From sequence record PZ452579.1: 64,000 bases of DNA; one strand, given 5' to 3'. Positions 45,114 through 57,380 of this stretch are shown here, piece by piece (positions within the stretch are counted from its first letter, which is position 1; the number at the start of each line of letters is the position of its first letter). The DNA is from a phage. The notes beneath the pieces were generated by a model, which saw only the letters and a list, made by a program, of their open reading frames with translations, was not told where the DNA came from and did no database searches. The translations under genes and the position numbers were made by a program.

Positions 45114-48100
45114 CAGTAAAAGCGCCAGCAGTCACGAGTCTCAGATTATCTAAATTGTCCGCAAACCAAGTTCAAATTCGCTGGGATGAGGTTGGCGCTA
45201 ATTTCTACTATTTTGTGGAAATAGCTGAGACCAAAACAGCTAACGGGGAAGTAATTCCCCGTAATAGCTATAGATGGACTAATTTAGGATATACCGCTGA
45301 TAACAATTTCTTTGAGTCTGGTTTAAATTCATTAACAACATATATGATGCGTGTGGCTACAGCAGCGGAGGGATTTGAGCAGTCTGATTGGAGATACACC
45401 GAAGAGTTTGAAACATTTGAAATAAACGCTTATACATTCCAACATATGATTGAAATGCAATTAGCTAACGAGTTTATTTCTGAAAAATTTACAAAAAATA
45501 ATACCAACTACGTTGATTTTAATAATGACACGATCATGGCAGCACTGATGAGCGAGTCGTTCCAATTTAGTCCTGCATACACCGATGTGTCATCGATTAG
45601 AAATTTTATAATTGGTGAAAATCAGTATCATGAAATCCAGGGGCATATCCAGGACGTATGTAAAGATATAAATCGAGTATATCTAATGGAATCTGAAGGA
45701 ATTCTTTACCTTTTTGAAAGATTCCAACCTATTGTAAAAGTGTCTAATGATAAAGGCCAAACATGGAAAGCGGTTAAATTGCTTAATGACCGTGTAGGAT
45801 ATCCACTTTCACGAACTGTATATTACCAATCAGAATATACGACGTATTTGCTCGGCTATGATAAGATTTTTTACGGGCGTAAATCATCCGATATTCGTTG
45901 GTCTGCTGATGATGTTCGTTTCAGTTCACAAGATGTAACATTTGCTAAAATCGGGGACCGATTAAATTTAGGTTTTGATGTAGAGATTTTCGGTACATAC
46001 GCGTCATTACCAGGAAACGTATCACGTATTGCAGAAGCTATTACTTGTAATGATGACTATGTTTATATTGCGGCCAGAGATAAAGTTCGCTTCGTTAAAA
46101 CCAGTAACGCTCCTATTGATTCAGATCCATTATCTCCAACCTATTCCGAACGGTTGTTTGAACCTGAGACGTTTACAATAACAGGCAACCCTAAAGCAGT
46201 TTGTTATAAAATGGATTCTGTTGGTGGAAGAATATTCGCTCTTATTATTGGTGAAGTCGAAAACGTTAATGACGACCCAAGAACAAAGCCTATTTTAGAT
46301 TCCGTTGATAAAGGTGTATACGTTTTAGACCATGACGCTGGAACATTTAAAAGGATATTTGGTAATACCGAAGAAGAACGCCGTCGTATAGAACCGGCTT
46401 TCACCAATATGTCTACTGATGGTGTTGAGCTTTATATCTCTTCTAGTAATTTTAAATTTTTAGAATCTGATATTGTTGACGACCCAGAAACGCAATCTAA
46501 GTATGGACTTTTAAGAGCAGTTAAGTATGAATATCCTAGAGAATGGCTCGCAGATAAACATTACCATATGATGATTTTCGCATCAAACGAAGAAAGTAAT
46601 TGGGAAACTTTTTCACCAACTCCTATGCAGTATTATGCAGAACCTTTCTTTAGTTATTCTAGAAAATCAGGCACACGTTCTTGGATTAATAACTCTGATA
46701 GAGCGGTAGTGATTTATTCTGATTTGCTTTACACAAAGGTAGTGGAAAGCCACCCTAGCACTTCACCTGATCGTAAAGTTCATGAATACTGGAATGATGG
46801 CGATTGTAAGATTGTTATGCCGAATATAGAATTCACTGGATTTAAAAAATACGCATCTGGTATGTTGTTTTATAAATCGTCAGGTGAAATAATTTCATAT
46901 TACGATTTTAGTTATCGTGTTAGAGATAACGTTTCTATAATTTGGAAGCCCACTAACGTATTTTTGACCGCCTCATTACAAAACCAAGAAAAAGAAACTT
47001 CTTGGGTTCCTGTTGAAGAGACAGGTCTAGCTGACCCGGATTTACGCCCATTACTCACTACAATGATGCCAGAGTCTTATCTGTTGGATAATACAAACTT
47101 TGAAGCATTTTGTGAAGCGTATATTCAATATCTTTCTGATGGATACGGGACTCATTATAATAACTTATTGAATTTGATTAAAAATAAATACCCACGAGAA
47201 GAACACGCATGGGAATATCTTTGGTCTGAAATTTATAAACGGAACATTTATTTGAATGCTGAGAAACGTGATTTAGTTTCTAGGTTCTTTGAGTCCAGAA
47301 GTTATGATTTTTATTCTACTAAAGGAACTGAAGCGTCGTATAAGTTTTTGTTTAAAGTTCTTTATAACGAAGACGTTGAAGTGGAAATTGAGTCATCTGC
47401 TGGAACAGAGTACGATATCATAATTCAATCTGATTCTATAAGTGAAGATTTGGTTGGACAAACTATATACACCGCTACAGGTAGATGTAATGTTACATAT
47501 TTAGAAAGAAGCTATTCTAAAGGTAAATTACAATGGACTGTGACTATTCATAACCTTTTAGGTAGGCTTTTAGTCGGTCAAGAAGTAAAAGCCGAAAGAC
47601 TAGCAGATTTTGAAGGTGAAATAGTTCGCGGTATTAAAGGTAAAGAACTTGCCCAAAACACTATCGATTATTTTAATCGTGGTAGAGCTTATTACGTCAT
47701 GAAAATAAAGTCAAATCTTCCATCCTCTCGTTGGAAATCTGACGTACTACGTTTTGTACATCCGGTAGGATTTGGATTTATTGCAATAACCTTATTAACA
47801 ATGTTTATTAATACAGGATTAACGCTTAAACATGTTGAAACTATTATTAATAAATATAAAAATTATAAGTGGGATTCCGGACTACCTACGGAATATGCAG
47901 ACCGCGTCGCTCGTTTAGACCCTCAAGGTAATGTAGAATTCAATCCTGTTACAGGTGAAGTAATTTATGATGCCGGTCCTTATGCCGGTATCGAATACCC
48001 TTTACCTGTAAATTATAACGAAGAAAATGATAACTCTATTTTCCAAGGACAATTACCGTCCGAACGACGCAAGCCAATGAGCCCATTATTTGATGCATCA

Positions 48101-48208
48101 GGTACAACGTTCTCTAGATTTAGAGAGCTTGTTAATGAAAGATTGTTAGATAACGTGGGAAATCCTAGAGACCCGATTAATCCACCACAGGTTAAATTAG
48201 ATGAATGA
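45110..48208 (+). CDS. 7: baseplate wedge protein gp7
   Basis: 1032 aa, same length as T4 gp7; ATGA overlap with gene 6. Confidence 0.9.
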   Translation: MTVKAPAVTSLRLSKLSANQVQIRWDEVGANFYYFVEIAETKTANGEVIPRNSYRWTNLGYTADNNFFESGLNSLTTYMMRVATAAEGFEQSDWRYTEEFETFEINAYTFQHMIEMQLANEFISEKFTKNNTNYVDFNNDTIMAALMSESFQFSPAYTDVSSIRNFIIGENQYHEIQGHIQDVCKDINRVYLMESEGILYLFERFQPIVKVSNDKGQTWKAVKLLNDRVGYPLSRTVYYQSEYTTYLLGYDKIFYGRKSSDIRWSADDVRFSSQDVTFAKIGDRLNLGFDVEIFGTYASLPGNVSRIAEAITCNDDYVYIAARDKVRFVKTSNAPIDSDPLSPTYSERLFEPETFTITGNPKAVCYKMDSVGGRIFALIIGEVENVNDDPRTKPILDSVDKGVYVLDHDAGTFKRIFGNTEEERRRIEPAFTNMSTDGVELYISSSNFKFLESDIVDDPETQSKYGLLRAVKYEYPREWLADKHYHMMIFASNEESNWETFSPTPMQYYAEPFFSYSRKSGTRSWINNSDRAVVIYSDLLYTKVVESHPSTSPDRKVHEYWNDGDCKIVMPNIEFTGFKKYASGMLFYKSSGEIISYYDFSYRVRDNVSIIWKPTNVFLTASLQNQEKETSWVPVEETGLADPDLRPLLTTMMPESYLLDNTNFEAFCEAYIQYLSDGYGTHYNNLLNLIKNKYPREEHAWEYLWSEIYKRNIYLNAEKRDLVSRFFESRSYDFYSTKGTEASYKFLFKVLYNEDVEVEIESSAGTEYDIIIQSDSISEDLVGQTIYTATGRCNVTYLERSYSKGKLQWTVTIHNLLGRLLVGQEVKAERLADFEGEIVRGIKGKELAQNTIDYFNRGRAYYVMKIKSNLPSSRWKSDVLRFVHPVGFGFIAITLLTMFINTGLTLKHVETIINKYKNYKWDSGLPTEYADRVARLDPQGNVEFNPVTGEVIYDAGPYAGIEYPLPVNYNEENDNSIFQGQLPSERRKPMSPLFDASGTTFSRFRELVNERLLDNVGNPRDPINPPQVKLDE

Positions 48209-49205
48209 TTCAAGTGTTGTCTATCGTTCGATAGTTACTTCAAAATTTAGAACTGAAAAAATGTTGAATTTCTACAATTCAATAGGTGATGGTGATAATA
48301 AAAACACCATCTTTATAACGTTTGGTCGGTCTGAACCATGGGCTGCTAATGAAAATGAGGTGGGCTTCGCCCCACCGTATCCAACAGACTCGGTTTTAGG
48401 TGTAACAGATATGTGGACTAACATGATGGGTTTAGTTAAAGTTATCCCATCTATGTTAGACTCGGTTATTCCTAGACGTGACTGGGGAGATATTCGTTAT
48501 CCGGACCCTTATACATTCAAAATAAATGATATAGTCGTATGTAATACAGCCCCATATAATGCCACTGAAGTCGGAGCTGGATGGTTAGTATACCGTTGCG
48601 TAGATGTTCCTGATGTTGGGATGTGTTCTATTGAGTCTCTCGACAACAAAGAAGAATGTCTTAAATTAGGTGGTAAATGGACTCCGTCTGTTAGGTCTTT
48701 AACCCCTCCTGAAGGCCGTGGAGATGCTGAAGGGATTATCGAAGTTGGTGATGGATATATATGGGAGTATCTTTATGAGATTCCACCTGATGTGTCTATA
48801 AACCGATGTACTAATGAATATATAGTCGTTCCATGGCCGGAAGAAGTTAAAGAAGACCCTGCTCGTTGGGGATATGAAAACAATCTAACCTGGCAACAAG
48901 ATGATTTTGGCCTTGTGTATAGAGTTAAAGCAAACATAATTCGTTTTAAAGCCTATTTAGACTCAGTTTATTTCCCTAATGCAGCACTGCCTGGTAATAA
49001 AGGATTTAGACAAATTTCTATTATCACAAACCCCTTGGAAGCTAAACTCCGTCCTAATGACCCTAATATAAAAGCTGAAAAGGATTATTATGACCCTAGA
49101 GATTTACAGCGTCATTCTGGTGAAATGATTTATATGGAAAACCGTCCACCTATTATTATGGCAATGGACCAAACCGAAGAGATCAATATTTTGTTTATGT
49201 TCTAA
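48201..49205 (+). CDS. 8: baseplate wedge protein gp8
   Basis: 334 aa, T4 gp8 size and position. Confidence 0.9.
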   Translation: MNDSSVVYRSIVTSKFRTEKMLNFYNSIGDGDNKNTIFITFGRSEPWAANENEVGFAPPYPTDSVLGVTDMWTNMMGLVKVIPSMLDSVIPRRDWGDIRYPDPYTFKINDIVVCNTAPYNATEVGAGWLVYRCVDVPDVGMCSIESLDNKEECLKLGGKWTPSVRSLTPPEGRGDAEGIIEVGDGYIWEYLYEIPPDVSINRCTNEYIVVPWPEEVKEDPARWGYENNLTWQQDDFGLVYRVKANIIRFKAYLDSVYFPNAALPGNKGFRQISIITNPLEAKLRPNDPNIKAEKDYYDPRDLQRHSGEMIYMENRPPIIMAMDQTEEINILFMF

Positions 49206-49209
49206 TTTA

Positions 49210-49230
49210 GGGAGACTTCGGTCTCCCTTT
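49210..49230 (+). terminator. hairpin GGGAGAC-UUCG-GUCUCCC + UUUCG
   Basis: UUCG tetraloop hairpin right after gene 8 stop. Confidence 0.55.
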
Positions 49231-49234
49231 CGTG

Positions 49235-49242
49235 TATAAATA
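49235..49242 (+). promoter_or_regulatory. T4-type late promoter TATAAATA (gene 9)
   Basis: 26 nt upstream of gene 9 ATG. Confidence 0.65.
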
Positions 49243-49267
49243 TTATAAACTATTAAGGATTAGCCAC

Positions 49268-50131
49268 ATGTATATTCAAACTCCAAAACAATTGATTGAC
49301 GTTGGCGAAATTGGTAACGCTTCTACAGGCGATATCCTTTTTGACGGCGGTGTTAAAATAAACAATGATATAAATGCTATTTACAATGCGTTTGGTGACC
49401 AACGAAAAATGGCAACTGCTAATGGTACAGGACCAAATGGACAAATAATCCATGCCACTGGATACTACCAAAAAGGAGGTCCTACTGATTATTTCACCCC
49501 TGTTCCAGTAGGAAGTAGACACGACATAGATGCTTCTACCGGTGGTGTTATTGTTACTGTTGCTAGAGGTGAACTCGGCGATTCCGTGGAATTTATAAAT
49601 TCAAACGGGTCAATTTCGGTAAACAACCCATTAAGTATCCAAGCATTAGATTCTATTAAAGGTGTTGCAGGTAATTTAGTTATAACCACACCTTATACTA
49701 AAGTTACTCTTCGTTGTATTTCTTCTGGTGCAGGCGGTTCAATATGGGATTATTCTACAGAAAGTATGTTTAGTCATACCGAAATTCCTGTAGACGGGAC
49801 ATGGAATATTATTTCAGACTATGTCAATATTCCTCTATTTTATAAAACTGAATATAATGCTGCTAAACTTTTGGTTACATGCCAATCTGCCAACGGCAGA
49901 AAAATTAAATCATGCGAAATAAATATTCTAATAGATACAATTAATTCAAGAGTTATTTCAACCGAATACGCAGTGATGCGCGTTGGTAATGATAACGAAG
50001 AAGATGAAATTGCGAATATTAGTTTTTCGATAATTAACAATTTTGCCACTATGACAGTTTCTTCACATATAAATGGTCTTCGAGTGGCAGCTAAAGTTAT
50101 TTCAACTCAGAAAATTAGGGTCGCTCAATAA
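49268..50131 (+). CDS. 9: baseplate wedge / long tail fiber socket gp9
   Basis: Start at MYIQTPKQLIDVGEIGNASTGDILFDGG; matches recalled T4 gp9 N-terminus. Confidence 0.9.
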   Translation: MYIQTPKQLIDVGEIGNASTGDILFDGGVKINNDINAIYNAFGDQRKMATANGTGPNGQIIHATGYYQKGGPTDYFTPVPVGSRHDIDASTGGVIVTVARGELGDSVEFINSNGSISVNNPLSIQALDSIKGVAGNLVITTPYTKVTLRCISSGAGGSIWDYSTESMFSHTEIPVDGTWNIISDYVNIPLFYKTEYNAAKLLVTCQSANGRKIKSCEINILIDTINSRVISTEYAVMRVGNDNEEDEIANISFSIINNFATMTVSSHINGLRVAAKVISTQKIRVAQ

Positions 50132-51945
50132 TGAAACAAAATATTAAAATTGGGAACGTCGTTGATGACGGACAAGGCGATTACCTTCGTCGTGGTGGTG
50201 CAAAAATTAATGAAAACTTTGATGAGTTGTATTATGAATTAGGCGATGGCGAAGTTCCATATTCCGCTGGTGCCTGGAAAACATACCATTCTTCAGATGG
50301 ACTTAATTTAGCTGCTGAATGGGGTAAATCATACGCAATTGATACTTCAACAGGGCGTGTTTCTATAAATTTACCTAAAGGAACAGTGGAAGATTATAAT
50401 AAAGTAATTAGAGCCCGTGATGTATTCGCCACATGGAATATTAACCCTGTAACATTAATTGCTGCCAGTGGTGATACTATTAAAGGTTCTTCTAGCCCAG
50501 TAGAAATCAATGTGCAGTTTTCAGACTTAGAATTAGTTTACTGTTCTCCTGGGCGCTGGGAATACGTTAAAAATAAACAAATAGACAAAATTACTAGTTC
50601 TGATATTAGTAGTGTAGCTCGTAAAGAATTTTTAGTCGAAGTTCAAGGTCAAACTGATTTTCTTGATGTATTTGGGTCTGTTTCTTATAATGTGAATAAT
50701 ATCCGTGTAAAACATCGTGGTAACGAATTATACTACGGTGATGCGTTCAGTGACAATAGTGACTTTGGTTCTCCAGGAGCTAATCCTGGAGAAATCGTTG
50801 CATTAGATGGTAAAAACATCCGTTTAAGACAACCATGTAATATTGGCGACACCGTACAAATTGAAACCTTTTTGGATGGGATTACACAATTACGCAGTTC
50901 TTATTCTCGCCGCCAAATACGTATTTTAGATTCGAAATTAACAACCCGTCCTTCCTTAGAAGGAAGTGTATATGTCGCTGATTTGTCAACTTTGAAATCT
51001 ATTCCTTTTTCGGCATTTGGAGTTAATCCTTCAGAACCGGTCAATACTAATTCTTTAGAAGTTCGTTTTAATGGTATTCTTCAAGAATTAGCTGGTACTG
51101 TTGGTTTACCTATGTTCAGATGTGAAGGTGCTGATGCAGAAACTTCTACCGAGTGTTCAGCTTTAGGTGGGACTTGGGTTACATCTAACACCGATTATTC
51201 TATTGAATATGATGATAACGATGCAACTATTGCACGTGCTTTAGTCTTTGACCGTAAGTTTGAAGACCAAGACATTATTGATATTACATGGTTTAATAAC
51301 GATTTAGGCACTTTATTAAGTATCGATGACATTTTAGATACAACTGATGAAAGGTATGTCGCACAAGGTGCAACCGTAAATGTGACCGGCGATGTGGCTT
51401 TGACCGATTTCAATAATATCGGATGGCCTAATGTAGAATCTGTTCCGGCATATAGCAGGGAATTCTCATCTATTGCAAATATTTTTAACACTATTTACCC
51501 TGTCGGTACTATTTACGAAAATGCAGTGAACCCTAATAACCCAGCCACGTATTTAGGATTTGGTTCTTGGAAATTATGGGGACAAGGAAAAGTATTAGTT
51601 GGATGGAACGACGATATTAGCGATCCTAATTTTGCATTAAATAATAACGACCTTGATTCTAGCGGGAATCCTACACATACCGCCGGTGGAACAGTCGGAA
51701 CAACGTCTAACACACTAACTAATTCTGATTTACCTCCTACTCAAACTGACGAGAAAGTTCTTATTTCCGATGAGAACGGTACAATTATTATTGGTGGCTG
51801 TCAATACGACCCTGATGCAGAAGGTCCTATATACACCAAATACCGTGAAGGCCACGCCACAACGAATAGTACACACGTACCGCCTCAAGCCGTAAATAAT
51901 ATTCAACCGTCAATTACCGTATACCGTTGGGTAAGGATTGCATAA
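50131..51945 (+). CDS. 10: baseplate wedge protein gp10
   Basis: 604 aa; synteny; 1-nt overlap with gene 9 stop. Confidence 0.9.
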   Translation: MKQNIKIGNVVDDGQGDYLRRGGAKINENFDELYYELGDGEVPYSAGAWKTYHSSDGLNLAAEWGKSYAIDTSTGRVSINLPKGTVEDYNKVIRARDVFATWNINPVTLIAASGDTIKGSSSPVEINVQFSDLELVYCSPGRWEYVKNKQIDKITSSDISSVARKEFLVEVQGQTDFLDVFGSVSYNVNNIRVKHRGNELYYGDAFSDNSDFGSPGANPGEIVALDGKNIRLRQPCNIGDTVQIETFLDGITQLRSSYSRRQIRILDSKLTTRPSLEGSVYVADLSTLKSIPFSAFGVNPSEPVNTNSLEVRFNGILQELAGTVGLPMFRCEGADAETSTECSALGGTWVTSNTDYSIEYDDNDATIARALVFDRKFEDQDIIDITWFNNDLGTLLSIDDILDTTDERYVAQGATVNVTGDVALTDFNNIGWPNVESVPAYSREFSSIANIFNTIYPVGTIYENAVNPNNPATYLGFGSWKLWGQGKVLVGWNDDISDPNFALNNNDLDSSGNPTHTAGGTVGTTSNTLTNSDLPPTQTDEKVLISDENGTIIIGGCQYDPDAEGPIYTKYREGHATTNSTHVPPQAVNNIQPSITVYRWVRIA

Positions 51946-52604
51946 TGACCGTACTTAATACTAAAGCGGGAGTAATATCCCGCGAAGCAGATTTTTTAGG
52001 ATTTAGAAAAAATCCTACTCAAATTGATATTTTAAACAACCAAGGCGTAGGTTCTGTAACCATTTCTCAATTGGCAAAAGGATTCTACGATGATAACGTA
52101 GAATCTGCAATAAACGATGTTCATAATATTGCTAGAGCAGATGTAGGAACAGTTACAATTAACACCTCAGGTGTATCTCCTGAAGGAACTTCACAGGTAG
52201 ATTATTGGTCCTTTAGTGGAAGTGTAACTGACCCTAGTTTGCCCGATGGAAGCCCTGTTATTGTAAAAGTTTACGGGCTTCCTGTTAATGCTACTGTAGG
52301 TATGACAGCCGACGAATTTGTTGTACAATTACGTACTACTCTCCGGAATGCGATTTCCGACCAATTGGCTATTGCAGAGTATAAAGATGACCCTACTGTT
52401 GGGACTAAATTACAAATAACATATTTAGATAACCAAAGACACGTACTCCCAACGTATTCCTCTTATGGTATCACGGTTTCTCAAGAAATAGTGTCTCAGG
52501 CTAAGTCCGGGTACGGCACTTGGAATTTACTAGGTGCGCAAACCATTACTCTTGACAGCCATACTTCACCTACAACCTTTTATTATTTTGTGAGAACCGC
52601 ATGA
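51945..52604 (+). CDS. 11: baseplate wedge protein gp11
   Basis: 219 aa from [20 protein letters not shown]...; matches recalled T4 gp11. Confidence 0.9.
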   Translation: MTVLNTKAGVISREADFLGFRKNPTQIDILNNQGVGSVTISQLAKGFYDDNVESAINDVHNIARADVGTVTINTSGVSPEGTSQVDYWSFSGSVTDPSLPDGSPVIVKVYGLPVNATVGMTADEFVVQLRTTLRNAISDQLAIAEYKDDPTVGTKLQITYLDNQRHVLPTYSSYGITVSQEIVSQAKSGYGTWNLLGAQTITLDSHTSPTTFYYFVRTA

Positions 52605-54151
52605 GTAACAATACATATCAACACGTTTCGAACGAATCAGTATATGTTGAATTTGACCCGGTAGGGTCAAATTTTGATAGTTCAATAACCAATGTCCAGG
52701 CAGCCTTAGCCTCAATTAGCGCATATGGTGTTAAAGGTGTTCCGGACGCAAGCGAAGCAGAAAAAGGTGTAATTCAATTAGCGACAGAACAAGAAGTTCT
52801 TGATGGATTTAATAGTACTAAAGCCGTTACACCCGCCACATTAAATGCAAGACTTCAGTATCCAAATGCGTCAGAAACACAATACGGCGTAACTAAATAT
52901 GCAACACAAGAGGAGGCCATTGCTGGCACTTTAGACACTGTTTCTATTACTCCGCTTAAATTAAACCAAACTATTGATAACACGTTCTCTACTCGTTATT
53001 CAACAGAAACAACTAACGGTGTTATTAAAATTGCAACTCAAACCGCTGCACTTGCCGGGTCTGATGACACCACAGCAATGACTCCGCTTAAAACGCAGCA
53101 ATTAGCAATAAAATTAATTTCTCAAATAGCTCCTAATAACGACCCGGCTTCAGAATCTATTACCGGTGTTGTGCGTTTAGCTACGGTGGCTCAAACACGT
53201 CAAGGAACTCTTCGCGAAGGATATGCAATTTCCCCGTATACCTTTATGAATTCTGTTGCAACACAAGAATATAAAGGTGTTATACGTATAGGAACACAAG
53301 CGGAAATTAATAGTAATTTGGGAGATGTTGCTGTAACAGGTGAAACGCTAAATGGTAGAGGAGCTACCGGTTCTATGCGTGGAGTCGTAAAATTAACGAC
53401 GCAGGCCGGTGTTGCACCCGAAGGCGATAGCTCTGGAGCATTAGCATGGAACGCAGATGTAATTAATACACGCGGTGGACAAACTATTAATGGTTCTTTA
53501 AATTTAGATCACCTCACCGCAAATGGAATTTGGTCGCGTGGCGGAATGTGGAAAAACGGTGACCAGCCAGTTGCAACAGAGAGATATGCATCTGAACGTG
53601 TTCCTGTTGGAACAATTCAAATGTTCGCAGGTGATAGCGCTCCTCCAGGTTGGGTTTTATGTCATGGCGGGACCATTTCTGGAGACCAATTTCCGGACTA
53701 TCGAAATGTGGTTGGAACAAGATTTGGCGGTGATTGGAATAATCCTGGAATTCCGGATATGCGCGGCCTTTTTGTTAGAGGAGCTGGTACTGGCAGTCAT
53801 ATTTTAAATAATCGTGGCCAAGACGGCTATGGAAAGGATAGATTAGGTGTAGGATGTGACGGCATGCATGTTGGTGGTGTCCAAGCACAACAAATGTCAT
53901 ATCATAAACATGCCGGTGGATGGGGCGAATACTCACGTCATGAGGCACCGTTCGGAGCATCCGTATATCAAGGTTATTTGGGTACTAGAAAATACTCTGA
54001 TTGGGATAACGCATCATATTTCACAAATGACGGCTTCGAATTAGGTGGTCACCGCGACGCAACAGGCACTCTTAACCGTGAAGGACTTATCGGATATGAG
54101 ACTCGTCCATGGAATATATCTTTAAATTATATTATTAAAGTCCATTACTAA
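52601..54151 (+). CDS. 12: short tail fiber gp12
   Basis: 516 aa; synteny and N-terminal similarity to T4 gp12. Confidence 0.9.
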   Translation: MSNNTYQHVSNESVYVEFDPVGSNFDSSITNVQAALASISAYGVKGVPDASEAEKGVIQLATEQEVLDGFNSTKAVTPATLNARLQYPNASETQYGVTKYATQEEAIAGTLDTVSITPLKLNQTIDNTFSTRYSTETTNGVIKIATQTAALAGSDDTTAMTPLKTQQLAIKLISQIAPNNDPASESITGVVRLATVAQTRQGTLREGYAISPYTFMNSVATQEYKGVIRIGTQAEINSNLGDVAVTGETLNGRGATGSMRGVVKLTTQAGVAPEGDSSGALAWNADVINTRGGQTINGSLNLDHLTANGIWSRGGMWKNGDQPVATERYASERVPVGTIQMFAGDSAPPGWVLCHGGTISGDQFPDYRNVVGTRFGGDWNNPGIPDMRGLFVRGAGTGSHILNNRGQDGYGKDRLGVGCDGMHVGGVQAQQMSYHKHAGGWGEYSRHEAPFGASVYQGYLGTRKYSDWDNASYFTNDGFELGGHRDATGTLNREGLIGYETRPWNISLNYIIKVHY

Positions 54152-54160
54152 GGGTAAAAA

Positions 54161-55603
54161 ATGATCGAATTAAAAAGTCTACCATATGTTGATGGCCCTC
54201 CTGACGAGGGTCAAAAACGTTTAAACTGGATTAAAAATTCAGAAGAAATAACTGGTGCTGACACGTTATATGGTTCTGAAGGAGTAATGAACCGTCCAAT
54301 AACAGAAGTTCAACGAAATGTGGAAACAATTAACGATAACGTTAAGACTATCGCAGAATCTTTAGATACCGCTAATGCCGATATTGCCACAATTAAAGGT
54401 ATCTTGGATGTTTCTGGTGACGTAGATGCTTTAGCACAAATTGGACATAACACTGATGATATTGAAGTATTAAAACATACTGTAAATTCACACGGTGTTG
54501 ATATTTTAAACACTGAAGAAAAACTAGATGATACTATTGCTAATATCGGAGTAGTTAATCCGGAAACAGATTCAGTGTATCGTACGGTGCGTAACGACCT
54601 TCTTTGGATTAAAACCGAATTAGGGCAATATACTGGACAAGATATTAATGGTGTCCCGACCGAAGGTAATGAAAGCACCGGGATGAAACGACGTATTATT
54701 ACTAACAGCTCAGTGTTGGTTGACCAAGGCGTTCGTTTAACCGAGTTGGAAAATAAATTTGCCGATTCTGATGTTGGGGCTCTGACAACTGAAGTTGAAA
54801 ACCTCCGCCAAGAAATGGGTCCTAGACCATCGTTAACAGTACCGGTTTACACTCGTTTATCTGGTATTGATTCATCCATTTCTATCCAAACTAGAGATAT
54901 TGCGGCATTAAAAGATTTTGTTGGATATCCTAATTCAACCGCTATTAAAACTCAAGTCGAGGCCAATCGTCTTTCTATATCAACAATAAATTCAGACATT
55001 AACTCGCCTGGCGGTATTAAACCACGTTTGACAACGTTAGAAACTACTATAGGCTCTCCAGATTTACCAACTACTCTTCAGGGTAAGATCAAATTAAATA
55101 CCGATTCCATTTCAGGTATTAACACAGTTTTAGGTGTTGATTCTTCTAGTGGTTTACGTTTTAACGTAGCATGGCTTAATCAGGTGGTTGGCGTTGATTC
55201 AAATGGTGGACAACCTGAACCGGCTGGTTCGCTTTTATATAGGACTCGTATTCTTGAAACTGGTGTTACTGACCTAGGCAATAACATTCAAAACGTTCAA
55301 ACCGAATTGGGAACTAATTCGTCCGGTATTAAAGGACAAGTGACTAGTTTAAATAAACTTATAAGCGGCACCAACCCAAACGGTCAAACCATAGAAGAAC
55401 GTGGTATATTGCCAACAGTTAAAAACCATGACACGACAATTACGGATTTAACTACGCGTGTTACCACTTTAGAAACAGACCTTGCTGCAGCAGAAGCAGA
55501 AATTCAGGCCCTTAAAGAGGCTGGATATATCGAAGATGCTCCTTCAGACGGTAAATTCTATGTTCGTAAAGATGGTGCTTGGGTTGAACTTCCTACAGCT
55601 TAA
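54161..55603 (+). CDS. wac: fibritin (whisker) wac
   Basis: 480 aa; C-terminal foldon-like GYIEDAPSDGKFYVRKDGAWVELPTA. Confidence 0.9.
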   Translation: MIELKSLPYVDGPPDEGQKRLNWIKNSEEITGADTLYGSEGVMNRPITEVQRNVETINDNVKTIAESLDTANADIATIKGILDVSGDVDALAQIGHNTDDIEVLKHTVNSHGVDILNTEEKLDDTIANIGVVNPETDSVYRTVRNDLLWIKTELGQYTGQDINGVPTEGNESTGMKRRIITNSSVLVDQGVRLTELENKFADSDVGALTTEVENLRQEMGPRPSLTVPVYTRLSGIDSSISIQTRDIAALKDFVGYPNSTAIKTQVEANRLSISTINSDINSPGGIKPRLTTLETTIGSPDLPTTLQGKIKLNTDSISGINTVLGVDSSSGLRFNVAWLNQVVGVDSNGGQPEPAGSLLYRTRILETGVTDLGNNIQNVQTELGTNSSGIKGQVTSLNKLISGTNPNGQTIEERGILPTVKNHDTTITDLTTRVTTLETDLAAAEAEIQALKEAGYIEDAPSDGKFYVRKDGAWVELPTA

Positions 55604-55607
55604 TGAA

Positions 55608-55625
55608 AAGGGCCTTCGGGCCCTA
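55608..55625 (+). terminator. hairpin GGGCC-UUCG-GGCCC
   Basis: Between wac stop and gene 13 start; weak U-tract. Confidence 0.4.
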
Positions 55626-55635
55626 AAGGATTTAT

Positions 55636-56562
55636 ATGTCAGGTTATAATGCACAAAACCCTAAAGAATTAAAGGATGTAATATTACGTCGTTTAGGCGC
55701 TCCTATTGTAAATGTTGAATTAACTGCAGACCAAATTTATGATTGTATTTCACGGGCGTTAGAACTTTATGGCGAATATCATTTTGACGGATTGAATAAA
55801 GGTTTTCACGTATTTTTTGTTGATGACGAAGAAAAATATCGTCATGGTGTGTTTGATATGCGTGGTTCTAATGTATTTGCTGTAACAAGAATTATAAGAA
55901 CAAACGTTGGCTCTATTACTTCAATGGACGGTAATGCAACTTATCCTTGGTTCACTGATTTCCTTTTAGGAATGGCAGGTGTTTCTGGTGGCATGGGTAG
56001 TAATTGTGGTAAATTCTATGGACCGAACGCTTTTGGCGCTGACCTTGGGTATTATTCTCAATTAGTATCTTATATGGGTATGCTTCAAGATATGATTGCT
56101 CCTCTTCCAGATTTTTGGTTTAACTCCGCAAACGAACAATTAAAAGTAATGGGTAACTTTAGACAGAAAGATGTCATTATTGTTGAATCGTACGTTCGTT
56201 CTTATATTGAGACCCATAAGATGGTAGGAAATACAGTAGGTTATGGGCAGGTCGGTCCTCGTGATTCATGGTCTATTTCTGAGCGGTATGACAACCCGGA
56301 CCATAATTTGGTCGGACGACGAGTTGGTGAAGATCCTGCAACTAAACAAGGCGCATATAACAACCGCTGGGTTAAAGATTATGCGTCTGCATTAGCTAAA
56401 GAGCTTAATGGACAAATTCTTGCTAAACATCAAGGTATGATGTTACCTGGTGGTGTCACTGTTGACGGTGTTCGATTAATTGAAGAAGCCCGTTTAGAGA
56501 AAGAAGCTTTACGAGAAGAGTTATATTTACTGGACCCTCCTGCAGGTATTTTGGTAGGTTAA
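55636..56562 (+). CDS. 13: neck protein gp13
   Basis: 308 aa; synteny. Confidence 0.9.
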   Translation: MSGYNAQNPKELKDVILRRLGAPIVNVELTADQIYDCISRALELYGEYHFDGLNKGFHVFFVDDEEKYRHGVFDMRGSNVFAVTRIIRTNVGSITSMDGNATYPWFTDFLLGMAGVSGGMGSNCGKFYGPNAFGADLGYYSQLVSYMGMLQDMIAPLPDFWFNSANEQLKVMGNFRQKDVIIVESYVRSYIETHKMVGNTVGYGQVGPRDSWSISERYDNPDHNLVGRRVGEDPATKQGAYNNRWVKDYASALAKELNGQILAKHQGMMLPGGVTVDGVRLIEEARLEKEALREELYLLDPPAGILVG

Positions 56563-56563
56563 T

Positions 56564-57328
56564 ATGGCAACTTATGATAAAAATCTTTTCGCCAAGCTAG
56601 AAAATCGTGGTGGGTATTCTCAGACAAATGAGACCGAAATCCTCAATCCATTTGTCAATTTTAATAACTATGAGAATAGTCAGACATTAGCCGATGTTCT
56701 AGTGGCAGAAAGCATACAGATGCGCGGTATTGAATGTTTTTATGTTCCACGTGAATATGTTGCTGTGGACCTTATCTTTGGTGAGGACCTTAAAAATAAA
56801 TTTACTAAAGCATGGAAATTTGCTGCATATCTGAACTCATTTGAAGGTTATGAAGGAGCGAAATCGTTCTTCAGCAACTTCGGAATGCAAGTTCAAGACG
56901 AAGTTACATTATCTATTAACCCAGGTCTTTTCAAACACCAGGTCAACAATCAGGAGCCCAAGGAAGGTGATTTAATATACTTCCCAATGGACAACAGTTT
57001 GTTTGAGATTAACTGGGTTGAACCATATGACCCATTCTATCAAGTAGGTAAAAATGCGATTCGTAAAATTACTGCAGGCAAGTTTATTTACTCTGGTGAA
57101 GAAATCAATCCAGTGCTTCAGAAAAATGAAGGTATCAATATACCTGAATTTAGTGACTTGGAACTTAACCCTGTTAGAAATCTTGACGGTATCCATGACA
57201 TTAATATCGATGAATATTCTGAAGTTGAGCAAATCAATTCAGAGGCAAGTGAATACGTTGAACCATATGTAGTAGTTAACAACCGTGGTAGACAAAATTC
57301 ACCATTTGACGATGGGTTTATGAATTAA
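56564..57328 (+). CDS. 14: neck protein gp14
   Basis: 254 aa; synteny. Confidence 0.9.
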   Translation: MATYDKNLFAKLENRGGYSQTNETEILNPFVNFNNYENSQTLADVLVAESIQMRGIECFYVPREYVAVDLIFGEDLKNKFTKAWKFAAYLNSFEGYEGAKSFFSNFGMQVQDEVTLSINPGLFKHQVNNQEPKEGDLIYFPMDNSLFEINWVEPYDPFYQVGKNAIRKITAGKFIYSGEEINPVLQKNEGINIPEFSDLELNPVRNLDGIHDINIDEYSEVEQINSEASEYVEPYVVVNNRGRQNSPFDDGFMN

Positions 57329-57351
57329 TAAATAAATAAGATAAAGCAAAC

Positions 57352-57369
57352 ACCGGTCGAAAGGCCGGT
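57352..57369 (+). other. short hairpin ACCGG-n8-CCGGU in gene 14/15 spacer
   Basis: 5-bp stem; no TATAAATA present in this spacer. Confidence 0.3.
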
Positions 57370-57380
57370 TAGGAGAAATG

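Noticed and set aside
57324-57380. Late promoter upstream of gene 15
   Set aside because: Spacer has AATAAATA repeats but no exact TATAAATA; gene 15 is more likely co-transcribed with 13/14.
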